Shown: positions 28,801 through 39,165, numbered from the stretch's first letter. The stretch is 64,000 nucleotides of DNA from Candidatus Dojkabacteria bacterium (GCA_030834985.1 JAUQWV010000003.1:143387-207386), one strand, 5' to 3'. Numbers and translations: made by a program. Notes: generated from the sequence alone by a model not told the origin.

Positions 28801-28821
28801 GTAAAATATTATTATAAATTT

Positions 28822-31143
28822 ATGAGCTTACCTAACGGACCATACAATCCTCAGCAAAATGAGGACGAAATTCTTAAATACTGGCTTGAAAACAAATTCT
28901 ACAAGCCTGAATACAGCCCTGTAAAAGACCAGGTAGTTTCTACTGAAGAAATGAAAGCTGACCCAAGAGAGCCATTCAGCATTATTTGCCCGCCGCCAAA
29001 TGCCTACGGCAGGCCTCATTTAGGGAATATCTCTGGATATGCATATCAAGATGCAATGGGTAGATATGCCAGAATGAAAGGTAAAAAAGTCTTACTTTTA
29101 CCAGGCAAAGACCATGCAGGTTTAGAAGGTGAGGGTGTTTTTGTTCGAGATATTTTAGAGAAAAAAGGGGTGGATAAATTTTCATTAAGCCGTGAAGAAT
29201 TCTATAACCAAATTTGGAAATTTAACATGCAGAATAAAGAACTAGCATTGAAAGATGAACAGACCATTGGACTTTCTGCTGACTTTGATAGAGATATCTT
29301 TACACTTGACCCTAAAATCGTTGAAATTGTTTTATCAACATTTATAGAAATGTTCAATCAAAATATGATCTATAAAGGAGTTCGTATTGTAAATTGGGAT
29401 CCTAAAGCCCAATCAGTAATTGCTGATAATCAATGTGTACGTGAAGAGAGAAAAGGAAAGATTTATAGAATCAAATATCCTATTGTTGATGATAATAACC
29501 AAATAACTGGAGAATTTATTACAGTCGCAACAACAAGACCTGAAACAATGTTTGGAGATACTGCAATTGCAGTTAATTCTACAGATGAACGCTATACGAA
29601 TCTAGTCGGTAGAAAATGTTTGATACCTTTAACAAATACAATTATTCCAATAATTACAAGTCCACGTGTAGAAAAAGAATTTGGTACCGGTTGTTTAAAA
29701 ATTACACCAGCCCATTCATTAGATGATTTCACAATTATGACTGAATGGAATCAAGCTAATCAGGCCAACCAAATAAGCTACTGCAATGTAATAAATAAGG
29801 ACTTAACTTTGGTTGGCCCAGTACCATCCAAATATCTAGGTAGAAAATACACTGATGTATTACCAGAAATCCTTTCTGATCTAAAAAGTGGAGAATACCT
29901 AATTTCAGAAGAAGAATTAGTTCAAAATATCTTAATTGCAGAAAGAACAAAAGCTATTGTTGAACCAATAATGAGTTCTCAATGGTTTATTGATATTGAA
30001 AAAATCAGACAACCTGTGATTGATATGGTTAAAAATGGAGATGTAACAATTCATCCTAAAAATATGGAGGCTAAATTCTTTTACTGGATGGAAAATTTAA
30101 GAGATTGGGCAATCAGCAGAACTCTATGGTGGGGCTACAGGATGCCAGTATGGTATGCAGGTCCTATTGAAGAAAGAATAGATAACAACGGCAAAGTTGA
30201 AACCTTTATAAATTTAAATAATGAATGGGTTGTTTTAGATTCAACAAGCGAAAACCACTTGAAAGTGCAACTAGAAAGTCCTGGAACAAACTGGATTCAA
30301 GAAGAAAGTGTTCTAGATACATGGTTTAGCTCCGGACAATGGCCATATGCAACATTGATGGTAAATAATTTAATGGATACATTTTATCCAACAAGTGTAA
30401 TGGAAACTGGATACGATATTCTTGAAAATTGGGTAAGCAGAATGATGATGTTCAGCTACTTTAAATTAAAAAAGGAGCCATTTAAAGATATTTATCTTCA
30501 TGGATTAGTAAAAGGAACTGATGGACAAAAAATGAGTAAATCAAAAGGTAATGTTATTCCAATGGATCAGGCTAAAGAAAAATATGGAGTAGATCCTTTA
30601 AGAATGGTTTATTTTTATCAAAATAGTGCAGGGGCAAGCTATGCATTAACTTACGAAAAGTTAGAGATGTTTAAAAACTTTAATAATAAGATTTGGAATG
30701 CTAGTAAATTTGTACTTGGTAATTTTGAAAAGAATAATATTCAATACAGCATTCCAGCTTTAGATAGTTTAAGACTCGAAAATAGTAAAGAGATTTTTAA
30801 TCATATTACCGATGTAAAACAAAAAGTCACAAAGTTTATGGATACATTTAAATTTGGTCTAGCTAGCTCAACTTTGTACGATGAATTCTGGCATAATTTT
30901 TGTGATAAGTTAATCGAGCAATCTAAGGTATATTTGTATACACAGAAAAATAAAGATACAGGTGAATTTATCAGCGAACCAAAGCCGGAGGAATTACAAG
31001 AAACAGTAAATATTTTTGTTTATGCACTAAAAGAATATACTAAGATGCTGCACCCATTTATTCCGTTTATAACAGAAAAGATCTGGCAGGAACTGCCAAA
31101 AGTGGAAGGTGATCATAAAACAGTTATGTATTCGAAGTGGTAG
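28822..31143 (+). CDS. valS: Valine--tRNA ligase (class Ia aaRS), short form lacking a C-terminal coiled coil
   Basis: PPPNAYGRPHLGN (HIGH-type), GKDHAG (ValS-specific TDHAGIAT-like), RIVNWDPKAQSVIADNQ and KMSKSKGNV. Confidence 0.75.
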   Translation: MSLPNGPYNPQQNEDEILKYWLENKFYKPEYSPVKDQVVSTEEMKADPREPFSIICPPPNAYGRPHLGNISGYAYQDAMGRYARMKGKKVLLLPGKDHAGLEGEGVFVRDILEKKGVDKFSLSREEFYNQIWKFNMQNKELALKDEQTIGLSADFDRDIFTLDPKIVEIVLSTFIEMFNQNMIYKGVRIVNWDPKAQSVIADNQCVREERKGKIYRIKYPIVDDNNQITGEFITVATTRPETMFGDTAIAVNSTDERYTNLVGRKCLIPLTNTIIPIITSPRVEKEFGTGCLKITPAHSLDDFTIMTEWNQANQANQISYCNVINKDLTLVGPVPSKYLGRKYTDVLPEILSDLKSGEYLISEEELVQNILIAERTKAIVEPIMSSQWFIDIEKIRQPVIDMVKNGDVTIHPKNMEAKFFYWMENLRDWAISRTLWWGYRMPVWYAGPIEERIDNNGKVETFINLNNEWVVLDSTSENHLKVQLESPGTNWIQEESVLDTWFSSGQWPYATLMVNNLMDTFYPTSVMETGYDILENWVSRMMMFSYFKLKKEPFKDIYLHGLVKGTDGQKMSKSKGNVIPMDQAKEKYGVDPLRMVYFYQNSAGASYALTYEKLEMFKNFNNKIWNASKFVLGNFEKNNIQYSIPALDSLRLENSKEIFNHITDVKQKVTKFMDTFKFGLASSTLYDEFWHNFCDKLIEQSKVYLYTQKNKDTGEFISEPKPEELQETVNIFVYALKEYTKMLHPFIPFITEKIWQELPKVEGDHKTVMYSKW

Positions 31144-31161
31144 AATAAAAATATATTAGTT

Positions 31162-31491
31162 ATGATTATTTATATGCCATTACCAAAGTTAGTAAGAGAT
31201 AATATTCCCGAAATAATCTACCAGAATGAAGGTAAGGAACCGGTTACAAGAATTTTAGAAGAGGATGAGTATATTTGGCATTTATTGGCAAAGCTGCAAG
31301 AAGAGGTTAAAGAAGTTGTTGAATCAGAATCAGGAGAACATAGATTAGAAGAATTAGCAGATGTTATGGAGCTTATAAAAGCAATAGCTGCATTAGATGG
31401 TGTAACACTAGAGCAAATTGAAGAAATTAGAAAAGCAAAATCACTTAAAAATGGCGGTTTTGACAAACGAATCTTATTAAAAGAGATTTAA
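31162..31491 (+). CDS. MazG-like nucleotide pyrophosphohydrolase (PRA-PH-like small all-alpha NTP-PPase)
   Basis: KLVRDNIPEII ... EE..E...EELADV pattern. Confidence 0.55.
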   Translation: MIIYMPLPKLVRDNIPEIIYQNEGKEPVTRILEEDEYIWHLLAKLQEEVKEVVESESGEHRLEELADVMELIKAIAALDGVTLEQIEEIRKAKSLKNGGFDKRILLKEI

Positions 31492-32819
31492 CTGACTTTT
31501 CCAAGTAAAGCTTGTCTTACAGCTTCAGCGTCGTTCCATTCATAATCTACATGGGCAAATGATAGTGTATCTTCATCACCTTTACCAGTAACAAAAACTA
31601 TATCTCCTGGTTTTGCAAATTTGATTGCATAATCTATAGCATTAAGACGGCTTGTATAGTCTTCGGCATCAAACGCAACAAATGGGATGTCGCGATTATC
31701 CCATACTCTTTCAATCTTTAATCTTAAGTTATCTTTGTTAATCCAAGAATATTCTTCTTGTGAGCCGACTCTTTCAACAAGAATTGCCCTATTGGGCTGT
31801 GCTCTTAAATGAAGCTCTGTATTGATATCAGAAACTCTTTCGCTTCTAGGATCTTCTGCTGCTAGTAAAACAAGGTTTGAATATTTAGCAGCGGCGGAAG
31901 CGATTCTTCTCCTATCTTTGTGCTGATCACCGCTGCTTCCTAAAACAGTAATAATTCTTGAGTTATACGGTTTAATTAAATGTAAATACATTAGTGCATC
32001 TTCCAGCATATCCGGCGTGTACGCATAATCTACAACTACAGAGAATGGATGCTTTTGAACAACTTCCATACGGCCTTTTGGAGGGTCAAAAGTACCTAAA
32101 GAACTAGGAATTATATGCTGTGGAACATAGATTTGTGCAAGCTTTGCTGCTTGAGCAGCATTAAAAATATTTGCTGTTCCGATAGTTGGCAGAGTGTACG
32201 GCTCCTTTTCGAACTCAAAAGAAACATCATTAATTGAATGTCTAATATTTCCGAGCTTTGACATATCTATCCAGTACGAATAAATACTGTTTTTAATTCT
32301 ATTAGCTTCGCTAATTATCCAGTTTGAAACATCGGCACTATGGTTATTGAATACAACTAAACCACCTTCACGAACTTTAGATAAAAAGTCTATCTTTGTT
32401 TGAGCATACTCTTCCCAAGTCTCGTAATCATCAGGTCTATCAAAAAATATATTAGTTAGGATTCCAGAATCAAAAGTAATACCGTCAAAATTTCGTTTTC
32501 TTAACCCGCTTGAATTAACCTCAACAACTGCATGTGTCATACCTCCCTTATGCATGTGAGCTAATAATTTATTGAGCTCAACTGAATCAATAACATTAGC
32601 ATAAGTGTCACGCTCATATTTTAGTGGTTCTGCAGAGTAACCTAGTGTAGAGATATAACCAACATTTAATCCTGAGCTTTTTAGGATATGGTAAAGCATA
32701 TGAGCAGTAATAGTTTTTCCACGCGTGCCTGCAACACCTACCACCTTAAGTTTGGTAGATGGGTTTCCGTTTGCAATTGAAGATAGTACAGATTTTTGAC
32801 TATTTAAAAATTGAATCAT
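31488..32819 (-). CDS. Mur ligase family protein (MurE/MurF/MurT-like)
   Basis: GVAGTRGKT ATP-binding motif near the N-terminus. C-terminal VTGKGDE..F.D.E mirrors the Mur ligase C-domain GKGHE..F.D. Confidence 0.6.
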   Translation of the reverse strand: MIQFLNSQKSVLSSIANGNPSTKLKVVGVAGTRGKTITAHMLYHILKSSGLNVGYISTLGYSAEPLKYERDTYANVIDSVELNKLLAHMHKGGMTHAVVEVNSSGLRKRNFDGITFDSGILTNIFFDRPDDYETWEEYAQTKIDFLSKVREGGLVVFNNHSADVSNWIISEANRIKNSIYSYWIDMSKLGNIRHSINDVSFEFEKEPYTLPTIGTANIFNAAQAAKLAQIYVPQHIIPSSLGTFDPPKGRMEVVQKHPFSVVVDYAYTPDMLEDALMYLHLIKPYNSRIITVLGSSGDQHKDRRRIASAAAKYSNLVLLAAEDPRSERVSDINTELHLRAQPNRAILVERVGSQEEYSWINKDNLRLKIERVWDNRDIPFVAFDAEDYTSRLNAIDYAIKFAKPGDIVFVTGKGDEDTLSFAHVDYEWNDAEAVRQALLGKVS

Positions 32820-32855
32820 AACCTAGATACATTATGTACTATTGATATTAAGGTA

Positions 32856-33245
32856 TCAAGCCTTCTTTCTTTCAATACTTAAAATATATATAGCCAAAGA
32901 GATTAAGATGATATTTTTAAATACAAATTCACCTTCAAGTGTAAATAAAGTAGATTGGCTAAAATAGTAATTCCAATTAAATAAAACACCTATAAATGTT
33001 CCTAAAAGATGCAAGATTATGCCAATACAGGCAAGAACTCTTGTGGTTCTAAATAGTATAGCTATTCCAAGTGCAACTTCTGTTAGGCCAATTAAGAGGA
33101 TTATTGACTCATTAAAGAATGGATAGCTAGCTAACATTAGTTCCTCAACAGAAGTTGCGCCTAAAATCTTAGGAATTCCAAATGCTATATAAACTAAAGC
33201 AATGGAGCCGATCAGTAATCTGTACGGCGTTATTTTCTTTATCAT
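32856..33245 (-). CDS. DoxX-like small membrane protein
   Basis: Four-helix hydrophobic profile with LLIGSIALVYIAFGIPKILG, typical of the DoxX family. Confidence 0.4.
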   Translation of the reverse strand: MIKKITPYRLLIGSIALVYIAFGIPKILGATSVEELMLASYPFFNESIILLIGLTEVALGIAILFRTTRVLACIGIILHLLGTFIGVLFNWNYYFSQSTLFTLEGEFVFKNIILISLAIYILSIERKKA

Positions 33246-33868
33246 TTATTTGATTTTCGATTTTCTACAAAGTAAATTAATATTACCCAAATTCCACTAA
33301 AAAGCATTAGCCCACCAATGCTTACAATTACTAAATCAAAATATATTTGACTAACTGAAGCTATAAATCCGGCAGCAATACTAAAACATGCTCCAGCTAT
33401 GCTTAATATTGTATCGTACACTGCATAGTTATAGCCTTCGCGCCCTTTATCTAGATTTTTAGCAAATAATTTACGCCAGTTAACTAAGTTCATTGCTGCA
33501 CCCAAGCCTGCAATGAATTGAAGAAAAAAGTATAGATAAGGGCTTGCTAAAAGGGGATAGAAAAAGAACGGAACACCCATAAGCAAATTCCCAAGTAATA
33601 AAAAAAGTATATCGTCCTTATCTCTTTTAATTCTATCTGTAATTAATCCAACAGGAATTTGAGATACGCCTTTTGATAAGAGATATACTGCAGTACCTAC
33701 ACCAATATATTCAACAGCTCTTCCACCTAACTTAGTTTCTAGATAGATACCTACAATGGTGGTAATTACCATGTACAGTCCCCAAGTAAAAATATCTGAC
33801 AATGTTAGGTACCAAATAACTCTGTTAATTGAAAATTTTGACATCACGCTTTTGTTTTCTACCATCAT
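33242..33868 (-). CDS. Hypothetical multi-pass membrane protein (MFS-half-like)
   Basis: Six hydrophobic segments. 4-nt overlap with the downstream gene. Confidence 0.3.
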   Translation of the reverse strand: MMVENKSVMSKFSINRVIWYLTLSDIFTWGLYMVITTIVGIYLETKLGGRAVEYIGVGTAVYLLSKGVSQIPVGLITDRIKRDKDDILFLLLGNLLMGVPFFFYPLLASPYLYFFLQFIAGLGAAMNLVNWRKLFAKNLDKGREGYNYAVYDTILSIAGACFSIAAGFIASVSQIYFDLVIVSIGGLMLFSGIWVILIYFVENRKSNK

Positions 33869-33931
33869 ACATCTACAAATATATCACATTACGTAGTAAA
33901 GTATTTACAAACAATTCTTAATTTTAGATAA

Positions 33932-34195
33932 ATGCAGGACTCAGAAAAATTAGAAATGGCAAACCGAAGCAGCCACGTTCATTTGAAATCAAGAAGACGC
34001 ATTGTGTTTGATAACTTCTTAGGTGGAATCTCATGGGGAGTAGGTTCAGTAATTGGAGCCTCGATTGTTGTTGGAATTATAGGGATAATTGTGATTAGAA
34101 CAAGTACAATACCACTAATAGGAGATCTTGTAAGGGTAGTGATGAACGAAATTCAAACAGGTGTTAACGAAATAACAAAAAATACTACGGAATGA
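33932..34195 (+). CDS. Small hypothetical membrane protein
   Basis: 87 aa with one Gly-rich TM. 4-nt overlap with the ECF sigma gene, suggesting co-transcription. Confidence 0.35.
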   Translation: MQDSEKLEMANRSSHVHLKSRRRIVFDNFLGGISWGVGSVIGASIVVGIIGIIVIRTSTIPLIGDLVRVVMNEIQTGVNEITKNTTE

Positions 34196-34713
34196 ATTTA
34201 GACGAACAAAAATTCAATCTCTCCAAAATTTATGATGACCAATTTGATAGAATATACTCATTCTTTTATTATAAAACGCTTTCTAAAGATACTGCAGAAG
34301 ACTTAACCAGTGAAACTTTTCTGACATTAGCAAATATTCTAGCGGGCGGGAAAGGACACGAGATAGAAAATATCAAAGCATTTCTGTTTGGAATTGCCCG
34401 TAATACTTTTATTAAATACCTTCAGCACAAATACAAGGCAGAAATTCCATTTTCAGTTTTTGGAGAAAATTTTGAAGAATATATGGATACTTTTACAAAA
34501 GAGAGTAAAAAAGCAATACCATTTGAAGACAGATTGATTAAATACTTAGAACATATACCTAAAAAACAGGCAGTTATTTTACAGCTTAGATTTATAGAAA
34601 AGCTTAGCTTAACAGAAATCTGCCAAAGGCTAGGTAAAAATATGAATTATGTAAAAACTACCCAAAAAAGGGCTTTTAAATCTTTAAAAGATGCTATAGA
34701 AACTACGTTATAG
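34192..34713 (+). CDS. ECF-type RNA polymerase sigma-70 factor
   Basis: Region 2 (DRIYSFFYYKT..DLTSETFL) and region 4 HTH (LQLRFIEKLSLTEICQRLGKNMNYVKTTQKRAFKSL). Confidence 0.7.
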   Translation: MNLDEQKFNLSKIYDDQFDRIYSFFYYKTLSKDTAEDLTSETFLTLANILAGGKGHEIENIKAFLFGIARNTFIKYLQHKYKAEIPFSVFGENFEEYMDTFTKESKKAIPFEDRLIKYLEHIPKKQAVILQLRFIEKLSLTEICQRLGKNMNYVKTTQKRAFKSLKDAIETTL

Positions 34714-34749
34714 CAAGGTTTTTGTACACTTTTTAATACTAGATATTGT

Positions 34750-35712
34750 ATGCAAAATAAGATAGATCAAGAAGAAAAACGATTTTTAGAGTTAATGGAG
34801 CCAGAAAGCTCAGTCGCAAATCCGGCTTTTAAAGCACGCCTAAAAGAACGATTCTTAGAAGAGCTTGAACCAAAGTTCAGTTTTTGGCGTCTTTTAGACT
34901 CTAATTTGAGCTTTCTGGCTGTTATTGCAGTAAGCTTTATTACTGTTTTAGGTGGATTCCTAATACTTACAAATCTAACAGAGCCTAAAACTATTAATAA
35001 TACTCCTGTTTTTTCTGAGAGAAGAAAACAAGAAGTAGTTGAAAAAGTTGCCAAAAAGACTTCAATTTCGGCATTAAAACTTTTATCTGTTAATGAGTTT
35101 TTAGACGAAAATTATATCTCTAAACCAATAAAAGCTGAAGAAAACGGTTTCAACTTGAGAACAACTGAAGTAACATACACACCAACTTCTCAAGTTGAAA
35201 CCTGCAAAGAGCTTAAATTACCAAGTGAGCTAACTACAACTCAGTTATTTGAATACTTTGAAAATGGGCATTCAATAGTTAAATTAGAGAAAAATAACCA
35301 AACTGTTATTGTTACTGAGTTTGAGGAAGAAGATCCTGTAAGTTTTCCTATTTCGTTTGCTACACCAGTCAGTTTTAGTAATGTATTAGAGCACGAAATA
35401 ATTGATTCAAATTTATTAGAAATCAATAATAACTTTGAGGTTGTAGAAAGAACAGATGGTAAAGAAACTATATTCATAATCACAGATTATGTTGCATTTG
35501 ATTGTGGAAATGAGCCTGTTTCGTTTAGCAGCTTATTAGAATCCGACAGAGATAAGATTATTCGTGAATTCATTTTAAATCCAGATTATTCAATACATAC
35601 AGTTAATTTCTATTTAAACGAGATTAGTTCAGATACAAGACTTGCAGAAGTAAGCATTGCGTCTGAAGTTTCTACAATAGATAGTAATACTGCAAAAAGG
35701 ATATTACGGTAA
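34750..35712 (+). CDS. Putative anti-sigma factor (single-pass membrane protein)
   Basis: Immediately downstream of the ECF sigma gene. Cytoplasmic N-terminus, one TM, extracytoplasmic domain. Confidence 0.4.
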   Translation: MQNKIDQEEKRFLELMEPESSVANPAFKARLKERFLEELEPKFSFWRLLDSNLSFLAVIAVSFITVLGGFLILTNLTEPKTINNTPVFSERRKQEVVEKVAKKTSISALKLLSVNEFLDENYISKPIKAEENGFNLRTTEVTYTPTSQVETCKELKLPSELTTTQLFEYFENGHSIVKLEKNNQTVIVTEFEEEDPVSFPISFATPVSFSNVLEHEIIDSNLLEINNNFEVVERTDGKETIFIITDYVAFDCGNEPVSFSSLLESDRDKIIREFILNPDYSIHTVNFYLNEISSDTRLAEVSIASEVSTIDSNTAKRILR

Positions 35713-35752
35713 CCTTTAAAAAGAATTCATAAAATTAAGCTAACATATTAAA

Positions 35753-36487
35753 ATGATAATTTTAGCAACAACATCTTTTTTTGCAGGTATTCTTACCATC
35801 CTTACACCCTGTACTTTGCCTTTGTTACCAGTTGTATTAGGTTCGGCAATACACTATAAAAACTCTAGGAGAATCTTTTTGATCCTTGCTTCACTAGGAC
35901 TTTCTGTCTTTGTGTTTACTTTAGCATTTAAAGCCACAACAGACTTTTTAGTTTTGCCAGAAAGCATTCTTCGAATGCTTTCTGGCTTAATAATCTTACT
36001 GTTAGGTATTTTTTATCTATTTCCTGATCTATGGGATAAGATAGCAAATAGAATAGGGTTTAATAAAATCAACAATAAATTATTTAATAACTTCAAAGGT
36101 GAAGACGAGAAGACAAACGCAGTTATAACTGGTATAGCACTTGGTCCAATATTTACAAGTTGCAGCCCAACTTATGGATACATTTTATTTGCTGTCCTGC
36201 CGGCTAGTGCTCCCGAAGCTTTGCTGTATTTAGTAATGTTCATTTTAGGAATGCTAACATTTTTAGCTTTAATAGCCCTGGCAGGACAGCGTATAGTAGC
36301 TAAAACAAGTTGGGCTGCAGCTTCAAATGGCAAGTTCAGAAAATTCCTAGGAATTCAATTTATCTTAATTGGTATTCTGGTAATATTTAAGCTCGATAAA
36401 ACAATAGAATCATACTTATTAGAACAGCCAATAATACAAAACTTATTGTTAAACCGAGTAGAGCAGGAAATAATTAATCAGCTATAG
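35753..36487 (+). CDS. CcdA/DsbD-family thiol-disulfide transmembrane electron transporter
   Basis: FFAGILTILTPCTLPLLP matches the CcdA signature LaGllsflSPCvlPllP. 244 aa. Confidence 0.6.
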   Translation: MIILATTSFFAGILTILTPCTLPLLPVVLGSAIHYKNSRRIFLILASLGLSVFVFTLAFKATTDFLVLPESILRMLSGLIILLLGIFYLFPDLWDKIANRIGFNKINNKLFNNFKGEDEKTNAVITGIALGPIFTSCSPTYGYILFAVLPASAPEALLYLVMFILGMLTFLALIALAGQRIVAKTSWAAASNGKFRKFLGIQFILIGILVIFKLDKTIESYLLEQPIIQNLLLNRVEQEIINQL

Positions 36488-37001
36488 TTAAAGTTTCAAG
36501 CTTTCTTTCTAACTTTACAATCCTTTTTTCAAGATTCTGAGCTTCAATAACTCCTGAAAAAGCGTAGCGAATATACACTAAGAATAAAAGTATTATTAGT
36601 GAAATAATCAGAACCAATACTCTTAGTATATTAGCTAATAAGTTAACAACTTGGCCATAAATATTTGAAGTATATTGTTCAACTTGCTCAACCTGGTTGG
36701 TATTTCCCCAATTTAACAAGCCTTGGACTTTATCTACAATTTCATTTTGCAATGTAGTTACATTTGTTAGTGTTGTATCAATACTTTTTAAATTATTTGC
36801 CAAAGGTGTATCAACAAAATTTGACTCAACAAAGTTTAAATATATTTGAGGTAAGAATAAGACAGAGAAAATAGCAATAATACTTAGAGGAAAAAGGATC
36901 TTTAATAAAAAGGTACCGACTCCAAGTATTTTTTTATAAAGAGCAAAAGCTAAAGTTAATAAAATAACTACCCCTACAATTACTAAAGTCACAATATCCA
37001 T
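36474..37001 (-). CDS. Hypothetical membrane protein
   Basis: N- and C-terminal TM segments. No family recognised. Confidence 0.4.
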   Translation of the reverse strand: MDIVTLVIVGVVILLTLAFALYKKILGVGTFLLKILFPLSIIAIFSVLFLPQIYLNFVESNFVDTPLANNLKSIDTTLTNVTTLQNEIVDKVQGLLNWGNTNQVEQVEQYTSNIYGQVVNLLANILRVLVLIISLIILLFLVYIRYAFSGVIEAQNLEKRIVKLERKLETLTIAD

Positions 37002-37002
37002 A

Positions 37003-37395
37003 TTACTTTAATAGTGTTAATAGAATACTAGAAGCTAGTATGCAAGCTAGAATATAGCCGGAATCTATAAAAAAGAGCTTTAAGCTTTTTTGCTGAAAAA
37101 CATTACTTATATAAATTGAAACAGCGCTAAAGCCAAGCCACAAAAAGAAGCCTAAAACTAAAGCTTCTGTTAGCTCTATTAGTTTTAAAGCTGATAACAA
37201 ATAGGCAAAAACCGAATTAAGTGCTAAAAAACATATTGTCGGGATTACGTACATTGAGCTGCCATCCTTGTCCATCTTATTATTTGATAACTTAGCCCAT
37301 GCTTTTCCAAATAGATAGTCGGAATACCATAGAAATCCTAATGCCATTGATACAATTGTTGCTGCAGCGATTGTTAGAATATTTACTGATTGCAT
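37003..37395 (-). CDS. Hypothetical small multi-pass membrane protein
   Basis: Four hydrophobic segments. Confidence 0.4.
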   Translation of the reverse strand: MQSVNILTIAAATIVSMALGFLWYSDYLFGKAWAKLSNNKMDKDGSSMYVIPTICFLALNSVFAYLLSALKLIELTEALVLGFFLWLGFSAVSIYISNVFQQKSLKLFFIDSGYILACILASSILLTLLK

Positions 37396-37442
37396 ATTTC
37401 GGTCTTAAAAATTTATGTATACTTTAGTATATAATAACGTAT

Positions 37443-37865
37443 ATGGACCCACTCGTAATCATTGTTATTGGAATTTTGTTAATCGCAATTTTTATTATTG
37501 CTCTTATTGCAAGTTCTGCAGGCAGCAAAAGTACTCCTGAATGGAAAAAGAAAGTGCAAAACCAAATTTACAATATCGAAAAAGGATTACAGCTTAATAA
37601 CCATCTTTCCTTAAAGAACTCTTTAATTGAGGCCGATAAACTGTTGGACTTTACATTAAAGCAGAAAAAAGTAAAGGGTGAGACATTAGGTGAAAGGCTG
37701 AAAAGCGCTAAAAGCCTTTTCAGTAAAGATGACTACAATAACATCTGGACTGCTCATAAGTTGCGTAATGAACTAGTTCACGAGATAGATTCAAAAATCT
37801 CTGATAACCACATTAAAAATCAAACATATAACTTGCTTAAATCTATTAAAAAACTTATAGCTTAA
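37443..37865 (+). CDS. Hypothetical membrane-anchored protein
   Basis: N-terminal TM followed by a soluble helical domain. Confidence 0.4.
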   Translation: MDPLVIIVIGILLIAIFIIALIASSAGSKSTPEWKKKVQNQIYNIEKGLQLNNHLSLKNSLIEADKLLDFTLKQKKVKGETLGERLKSAKSLFSKDDYNNIWTAHKLRNELVHEIDSKISDNHIKNQTYNLLKSIKKLIA

Positions 37866-37891
37866 TAGGATTAATGGTGTAAAATATTTGT

Positions 37892-38491
37892 ATGATAAAT
37901 ATTAAAAGGCCAGATCCAAATATCAACAAAAAAGTTATTTTGGTTACACCAAATCTTTTTAATATTGCTCTTATTTTATTCGGAGTTTTAATTGTAGGAT
38001 TTACAGGATATATACTTGTAAAAGTTGCATCAAAACCTGCTAATAACACTACTGGATCAGTTGCTGGAGTTCAAGTCAGTAGAGTTGAAGATACAAATTT
38101 ATTAAATACACTTTCAAAAAATTCAAATTACAAATATTTTTTTGATGCATTAACTAAGTCAGGTGAATATGTAAAACTACAAGACGATGGTCCATACACA
38201 GTTTTAATTCCAGATGATAATGCTTTTAGAAAGCTAGGTGAAGCAGAATTAGCATCACTTTTTAACAATACTGCAAAGCTTAGAACTTTTGTGGGGAACC
38301 ATATTGTAGAAGGAACTTTAAGGAAGCTTGATATTAATAAAGTAGAGTGGATAAGAACAATTAGTGGAAAGCTAATTACAATCGAGCAAACAGAAATGGG
38401 TACATACTTTGACAAAGCAAAGCTGATGAGCAGTGAAATTGAAGCTTCTAATGGAGTGCTGTTCGAAGTAGATTCCGTTTTGTTGTACTAA
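37892..38491 (+). CDS. Fasciclin (FAS1) domain protein, membrane anchored
   Basis: YTVLIPDDNAFRKL ... HIVEG ... ASNGVLFEVDSVLL matches FAS1 H1/H2 motifs (TvFAPtneAF ... NGviHviD.VL). Confidence 0.65.
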   Translation: MINIKRPDPNINKKVILVTPNLFNIALILFGVLIVGFTGYILVKVASKPANNTTGSVAGVQVSRVEDTNLLNTLSKNSNYKYFFDALTKSGEYVKLQDDGPYTVLIPDDNAFRKLGEAELASLFNNTAKLRTFVGNHIVEGTLRKLDINKVEWIRTISGKLITIEQTEMGTYFDKAKLMSSEIEASNGVLFEVDSVLLY

Positions 38492-38513
38492 GCATTTTCC
38501 TTTATACTAGCTA

Positions 38514-38735
38514 TTACATCGGAGCTTCTTCAGCATCAAGTAAGACTTCGGCTTCTTTTTTAGTGCGTTCACATTCAAAAACTAAAGCATCAAAATCTTT
38601 TTTTGTTTCAACTGTCAGCATTCCTGTTTCTGAAAATTGTTCTAATAAATCTTTAGAAAACGTTAAGAGCCGTTCTAATAACTCTGTCATGTCTTCCAGG
38701 CAAGAGGTTATTTGTGCGGATTTTTCCTGGTCCAT
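38514..38735 (-). CDS. Small acidic hypothetical protein with a strong Shine-Dalgarno site
   Basis: 73 aa. The upstream minus-strand sequence GAAAGGAGGTATAAATT-ATG is a near-perfect SD, rare in this window. Confidence 0.4.
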   Translation of the reverse strand: MDQEKSAQITSCLEDMTELLERLLTFSKDLLEQFSETGMLTVETKKDFDALVFECERTKKEAEVLLDAEEAPM

Positions 38736-38850
38736 AATTTATACCTCCTTTCTTAGATTTACTTAAGTTTATGTTTAAAGCCATAGCTGGTCAAGGAAAA
38801 ATCCGCTTTTATGTTAAAATTTCTTGTGCTTTTTGCGGAAGGAGATGAAA

Positions 38851-39165
38851 ATGCACGTAAGAGTAGTAAACCTCTTATTCTATATCGCTATTGTGCTACT
38901 CGTAGGTTCAGTACTACTTGCCGCGAGGGTCGGTACAGACACCGTACTGTTTGTACTTACCCTGTATACAAGCCTATGGGCAATCTTTGTGGTTGCGATA
39001 AGGGCAACGATACGCGGTAAAGAACTACGCGAACGAGTAAGCAAAGCGAAAGAAAGAGGGAAGGAGTTCCACCGATTCAGTACGGGGATAATGCTAGTAG
39101 CGTTTCTTCCACTGATAGGTGTGCTCGTGGCTGTCGGCATTCGTGCCGCAGCTGCACTCCGGTGA
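38851..39165 (+). CDS. Small three-helix membrane protein encoded in a GC-rich island (likely foreign)
   Basis: AAGGAG SD 6 nt before the ATG at 38851. Local GC is visibly far above the flanks. GCG/CGC/GTG-rich codon usage. Hydrophobic helices with Arg-rich loops. Confidence 0.5.
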   Translation: MHVRVVNLLFYIAIVLLVGSVLLAARVGTDTVLFVLTLYTSLWAIFVVAIRATIRGKELRERVSKAKERGKEFHRFSTGIMLVAFLPLIGVLVAVGIRAAAALR

